Below are positions 35,801 to 38,986 of a DNA stretch of 38,986 nt, one piece after another. Under the pieces are notes generated by a model. It was not told where the DNA came from and did not search any database. It saw only the letters and a list, made by a program, of their open reading frames with translations. The translations under genes were made by a program, and so were the position numbers. Source of the DNA: Phoronis australis (Eukaryota > Animalia > Phoronida); NCBI GenBank assembly GCA_002633005.1, contig NMRA01001217.1:1-38986 (forward strand). Direction: 5' to 3'. Every line of letters starts with the position of its first letter. Positions within the stretch are counted from its first letter, which is position 1.

Positions 35801-38254
35801 TTTAATAAAAAATTGGTGTAGACCAAGACTTTTACAATGCTATCAACCAAGTGTGAGCATATACTTTGTATAATTATATATTTCTTCCTGCTTTGAAAAA
35901 AGGAGCCCCCACTGAGCCTTCAGAGGCTTCCTAATAATCATTACAATGTGTGTGTCCAAACTTGAAAGGTTTTTATTGACAGTGGGCGTCCAAATGATAC
36001 ATTGGGCGTCCTTGCCAGAGCGTCCATATTAGTGCTAGGGCATCCATTTGGACGTACGCTGCATAAAGGCCCGAGTCCTGATTAATTGCGATTAAGTCCA
36101 AATCTGCGTTACATCGTACCCCACAACACGAGAAAATCTCTGGATCAGCACACATGTTGTTGTCACGTGACATTTGTTTTGAAGTTCGTCTGCGTATGAG
36201 AGTGAGTGAGCGAGCGCGTGCGGGTCATCGACGACAGACTATTGTTACACAAGGCGGAGGATTATGCAAGAAAATGGTGTTTATTAGATTGTTTTTCACT
36301 TAAACGGCTGCAACTTGCAAGGTGAGTGCAGGTTACCTCACAGATTTTGTGTACACGGTCGTTAGCTCTACCGTGGAGTAAAACATTAATAGTCCGAGGC
36401 TCGATCTACATGTTGGGGGCGAGGTGACTAGTGAACTACCGGGGCTGTGTGAAATTTCTGGGTCTAACGGAGACATTGGTAGTCAGCCAGCTCGCTGTAT
36501 CAAGACTATCGTGAAAATCCAAATTCGTTTTATCGTGTCCCTGTCAATAATAACGGCATGCTAAAGTTTCTGAATGTTCGTACTTCAGGAACATAACAAT
36601 CACGTGTTTTGTACACATACGCGCAAGCCGCAGATCACATCTCGGAAATTTCCGATTTGACGGATGACAATGAATGAGCACAATGAAATTAAACAAGGTC
36701 GTTTTACAGCTTGTACGAGCTATGATAAACGTATTTGAATATTGTGAGTATTGCTGTATTGCAACATCTCTTATTCTGGGCCGATTTGAAAAATTCAAAG
36801 TTGTACCAATATTTTTTCTCTCCTCTTTTCAAATATTACACTCAAAACTACAACTACTTAAACGCTCTTAATAAAAAGTACGGTCATCTAAGACTAGATT
36901 GTAATCAGCTGATCGTATCTGCATGAGTGAAGTCAATTATCCTCGCTCGTGACTCGATGAATAGAGCAGCTAGGCGGGATCCCTTTGATCGTGAGCTGAG
37001 CGCAATGCAGCCAGGATAAATACGGTCTAGTTCAATCGGCCAAACCTCGCAGTTTTCCCTGATCTGAGTGGGGTTGTGACGTCATCTCGTTTAGTGAGAA
37101 TGTTAATGGCATGTTTGTTCAAGACTTTTGCACAAAGAGAGCAAATGTGTAAATACTGTTATCAAAATGCATATAAAACTGAAGAGAACACATACCCTAA
37201 TACGAACATCTTCTATCTTCTCAAGCATTTTCCACGGGTTATACTCTCCTGTCCTATACATCAACAGTTGAGAGAGGTCGAAAGGGGAAGTCCCCTCTGT
37301 GAACAGCTCCATCAGGACACACCTACAAAAAGGCAAACCGTGCCTTCATATACTTGTTCTTGTTTGTATTAAGCGAATAAAACAACTAAAATACTTAGTA
37401 CTCAAAGAAAACAAACTTTAAGGCAGTTCCAAGATGATGGTTCATCTCCACCAATCTTTCTATGAAAGAGTCCCCCAAATGTCAACACTGCCACATATGT
37501 GCCAAAACTGACAAATATCGAAAACAATGACCAATAGCAGCCTCATATTATAAAATTACTTTCTGCACTGAACTCAATGCAAACCACATAGCAACGGATG
37601 ATTGTCTGCTTGATACCCAGAAGAGAATATATCCATGGCTGCCGTTCTCCTGCCAGTTTTGATGACACTTGTGGATGTCAAGTCAATACTGTTGGCCGAA
37701 GGGTCATTGTTACGCGACGCTGTGTCCACAAATCGTTCAGGAGCAATGTAACAGGTGCGACGGCGAGAAGTATCAAAGAAGTAGTTGAAATCTGATGGAT
37801 TATCCTGTGAAGAGTAAAAACACTACATGATATGCTTAAACGGTGAATACTGAAACGAGGGAATAACTGACGGATTATCCTGTGAAGAGTAAAAACACTA
37901 CATGACATGCTTAAACGATGAATACTGAAACAAGGGAAAAACATTAAAATTGAAGCTTAGGCCTGAGTTCATTTTTGACGGTTGTTTTCGTTGGTCATAA
38001 ATGCTGAATGACAGGAAATAAATCAATGCTATGATGGTAACCAATATATCATAAAAATGTGTTACAAAGAAACTTTCACCATCAACACAACACTGCGTCT
38101 AGCATTCTCCCCTAAGACAATACTGTGTTACACCCTTTCCAATGTCACTTACCTCTGGTAGATAAGTGGGCTTGAAGCTGGCAAAGTCTGTCAACAGCAA
38201 CCAATTCCAACTGGTCATCATCACATTCTCCGACTTGATGTCGCCGTGGTATAT
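11663..38254 (-). CDS. PIK3R4: Phosphoinositide 3-kinase regulatory subunit 4 (VPS15/p150), multi-exon gene, 5'-incomplete
   Basis: 21 manually delimited GT-AG exons with compatible phases (3699 nt = 1232 aa + stop). Recognisable VPS15 motifs: [79 protein letters not shown]. Confidence 0.97.
12897..13075 (-). CDS. PIK3R4: VPS15 exon T (WD40)
   Basis: tag|[11 protein letters not shown]...[21 protein letters not shown]...SY|gtaatc; 179 nt, phase 0/2. Confidence 0.95.
14299..14456 (-). CDS. PIK3R4: VPS15 exon S (WD40)
   Basis: cag|[10 protein letters not shown]...[13 protein letters not shown]...[13 protein letters not shown]|gtgagt; 158 nt, phase 1/0. Confidence 0.95.
15217..15342 (-). CDS. 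PIK3R4: VPS15 exon R (WD40)
   Basis: cag|(G)[41 protein letters not shown]|gtaagt; 126 nt, phase 1/1. Confidence 0.95.
16605..16904 (-). CDS. PIK3R4: VPS15 exon Q, copy 1
   Basis: Same peptide and splice sites as 21211-21510. Confidence 0.92.
17046..17176 (-). CDS. PIK3R4: VPS15 exon P, copy 1
   Basis: Same peptide and splice sites as 21693-21823. Confidence 0.92.
17332..17686 (+). repeat. Intronic two-copy tandem repeat, ~180 bp unit (also at ~21979-22335)
   Basis: ttgcaagtttctgc...caatcgagagctc occurs twice, abutting the exon O donor. Confidence 0.9.
17690..17879 (-). CDS. PIK3R4: VPS15 exon O, copy 1
   Basis: Same peptide and splice sites as 22339-22528. Confidence 0.92.
18326..18608 (-). 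CDS. PIK3R4: VPS15 exon N, copy 1
   Basis: Same splice sites and length as 22980-23262; six amino-acid differences. Confidence 0.88.
19101..19235 (-). CDS. PIK3R4: VPS15 exon M, copy 1 (truncated by N gap)
   Basis: Near-identical to 23720-23854; runs into the gap starting at 19236. Confidence 0.85.
19516..20072. mobile_element. Probable end of a TTAA-inserted DNA transposon present in one haplotype only
   Basis: Unique sequence ends ...gagaaggact|TTAA exactly where homology to copy 1 (TTAA at 15471) begins; the other end is lost in the gap. Confidence 0.5.
21211..21510 (-). CDS. PIK3R4: VPS15 exon Q (WD40), copy 2
   Basis: cag|[22 protein letters not shown]...GWDLRS...KNDPRH|gtatga; 300 nt, phase 1/1. 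Confidence 0.93.
21693..21823 (-). CDS. PIK3R4: VPS15 exon P (WD40), copy 2
   Basis: cag|[23 protein letters not shown]...[10 protein letters not shown]|gtactt; 131 nt, phase 2/1. Confidence 0.93.
22339..22528 (-). CDS. PIK3R4: VPS15 exon O (start of WD40), copy 2
   Basis: cag|(Y)[13 protein letters not shown]...[19 protein letters not shown]|gtggag; 190 nt, phase 1/2. Confidence 0.93.
22980..23262 (-). CDS. PIK3R4: VPS15 exon N (S/T/P-rich linker), copy 2
   Basis: cag|NEEWRHMFG...PPPKSIE|gtaggt; 283 nt, phase 0/1. Confidence 0.9.
23720..23894 (-). CDS. PIK3R4: VPS15 exon M (linker), copy 2
   Basis: cag|[33 protein letters not shown]...QEMAM|gtgagc; 175 nt, phase 2/0 fits both neighbours. 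Confidence 0.88.
25870..25970 (-). CDS. PIK3R4: VPS15 exon L
   Basis: aag|[34 protein letters not shown]|gtaaga; 101 nt, phase 0/2. Confidence 0.92.
26662..26838 (-). CDS. PIK3R4: VPS15 exon K
   Basis: tag|[22 protein letters not shown]...EDNLSQ|gtattt; 177 nt. Confidence 0.92.
27507..27644 (-). CDS. PIK3R4: VPS15 exon J
   Basis: cag|[16 protein letters not shown]...QIDKE|gtttgt; 138 nt. Confidence 0.93.
28090..28224 (-). CDS. PIK3R4: VPS15 exon I
   Basis: cag|[14 protein letters not shown]...VVPFLTHP|gtaggt; 135 nt. Confidence 0.95.
28781..29002 (+). repeat. 36-bp perfect direct repeat, 186 bp period
   Basis: tcaaaacaaaggtgctgaaatcagtgaacatcagtg at 28781-28816 and 28967-29002. Confidence 0.9.
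29153..29254 (-). CDS. PIK3R4: VPS15 exon H
   Basis: cag|[34 protein letters not shown]|gtaaga; 102 nt. Confidence 0.95.
29813..29859 (-). CDS. PIK3R4: VPS15 exon G (47-nt exon, missed by the ORF track)
   Basis: cag|(A)[15 protein letters not shown]|gtgaga; phase 1/0. Confidence 0.95.
30370..30676 (-). CDS. PIK3R4: VPS15 exon F (HEAT region)
   Basis: cag|[31 protein letters not shown]...[13 protein letters not shown]|gttggt; 307 nt, phase 0/1. Confidence 0.95.
31093..31323 (-). CDS. PIK3R4: VPS15 exon E (HEAT region)
   Basis: cag|[12 protein letters not shown]...PRVRAQ...[13 protein letters not shown]|gtaaat; 231 nt. Confidence 0.95.
31709..33377 (+). mobile_element. Kolobok-type non-autonomous DNA transposon (1669 bp) in the VPS15 intron between exons D and E
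   Basis: Perfect 15-bp TIR AGGAGAATGCCACCC / GGGTGGCATTCTCCT, TTAA on both sides (31705-31708, 33378-33381), AG...CT termini, internal THAP ORF. Confidence 0.88.
31869..32168 (+). pseudogene. THAP zinc-finger domain remnant inside the Kolobok-type element
   Basis: CIVPAC...FFRIP...RKW...[12 protein letters not shown] matches the C2CH THAP signature; the nearest ATG (31873, MPQYC) is out of frame; no DDE domain follows. Confidence 0.82.
33790..34086 (-). CDS. PIK3R4: VPS15 exon D (end of kinase-like domain)
   Basis: cag|[21 protein letters not shown]...[10 protein letters not shown]|gttagt; 297 nt. Confidence 0.95.
35646..36073. mobile_element. hAT-type MITE (~430 bp)
   Basis: Imperfect TIR CAGGCCTTTATCCAG / CTGCATAAAGGCCCG; 8-bp TSD agtccaga / agtcctga (7/8); repeated subterminal GGGYRTCC motifs. 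Confidence 0.75.
37196..37322 (-). CDS. PIK3R4: VPS15 exon C
   Basis: tag|[27 protein letters not shown]...RIR|gtatgt; 127 nt, phase 2/0. Confidence 0.95.
37617..37804 (-). CDS. PIK3R4: VPS15 exon B (kinase-like domain)
   Basis: cag|[27 protein letters not shown]...AMDIFSSG|gtatca; 188 nt, phase 0/2. Confidence 0.95.
37792..37942 (-). repeat. 75-bp tandem duplication that includes the exon B splice acceptor
   Basis: ctga(t/c)ggattatcctgtgaagagtaaaaacactacatga... starts at 37792 and 37867. Confidence 0.92.
38153..38254 (-). CDS. PIK3R4: VPS15 exon A (kinase-like domain, catalytic loop and DFA)
   Basis: tag|[34 protein letters not shown]|gtaagt; 102 nt, phase 0/0. Confidence 0.95.
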
Positions 38255-38986
38255 CTATTAGAATTCAATGACGAGAAATAACAACTGCTGGTCAAACGGG
38301 AACATTAACCAGCACTGCAAGGGTTTAAAGTTTACCTGCTTGACGAATTTTGAAATGACGTAATGAAGGAATAAAAAGTAGACTGAGATATACTACACCC
38401 CCAATGTCCATCATCAGACAACTGCTTGTCACGACATTGGATCCACAAATGAACAACTTCTTCTACGGTGAACCTGGCCTTGAGAGAGCTTTAGTTTGGT
38501 TTGATAAACAAATTGTTTGAGACAGATGGAACACACCTTTTATCACACAGGAAGAATTAACTAAATGCTTTTTCAATCATCAGCTGATCAAAAAAGCTCG
38601 ACTACTTGGTCATAGCCAAGATGTTCTTCGGAAAGTTTTGACAAATCATAATTTAGCTTTATAATTTTCACAAAATCTAAATTCATGTAAAGATAGTCGC
38701 GCCAGATGGCGATTATTTCTTTGGTGGACAGGCATTCAGCGCCACCTACAGATTCCATGCAATGCGGACAGGAGGTATCAACCTATAACGCATTCCAAAA
38801 TAATATGAGATTTTCACAAAGTCTCAAAAATTTTTTTCACTCAATTCAATTGAAAGTGGGTGCAATAGATAGCCTTTTTAGTTGTGATGTCATTTCAAAA
38901 TTTACTTTGCCAAAATGAGCTTTTAATTAGCTGTAATTAACGTTTGAAAACTCACGTTCCATGTGACAAAGGGCATTTCTCACATG

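Noticed and set aside
38153-38254. HGD instead of HRD and DFA instead of DFG in the kinase motifs
   Set aside because: Normal, conserved features of the VPS15 pseudokinase family; not novel.
38255-38986. Search for the next upstream VPS15 exon
   Set aside because: No VPS15-like peptide with proper splice sites found; it presumably lies outside the window.

Overview
Intron-rich, AT-rich eukaryotic (animal-like, probably marine invertebrate) genomic DNA from a draft assembly with N gaps; not prokaryotic. The main feature is a PIK3R4/VPS15 gene on the minus strand. I traced 21 GT-AG coding exons by hand from 38254 (kinase-like domain, [10 protein letters not shown]...DFA) through HEAT repeats and a linker to the WD40 C-terminus (...DGVVKVWK*, stop 11663-11665). 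All splice phases are compatible, giving 1232 codons plus stop; the first exon(s) lie beyond the right edge. Five exons occur twice (15471-19235 vs 20073-23854), most likely as two uncollapsed haplotypes. Two more ~1.5 kb tandem duplications lie at 4491-7475 and 8240-11376. Mobile DNA includes a decayed Penelope-like retroelement (RT C-terminus, GIY-YIG, pseudo-LTR with a hammerhead-like motif), a Kolobok-type TTAA element with a THAP ORF, a hAT-type MITE, a Helentron/HINE-like element carrying CTCF-like motifs and a probable solo LTR. The most intriguing unexplained signal is a candidate spliced 79-aa ORF about 420 bp downstream of the VPS15 stop on the same strand, whose two copies differ only at synonymous sites.
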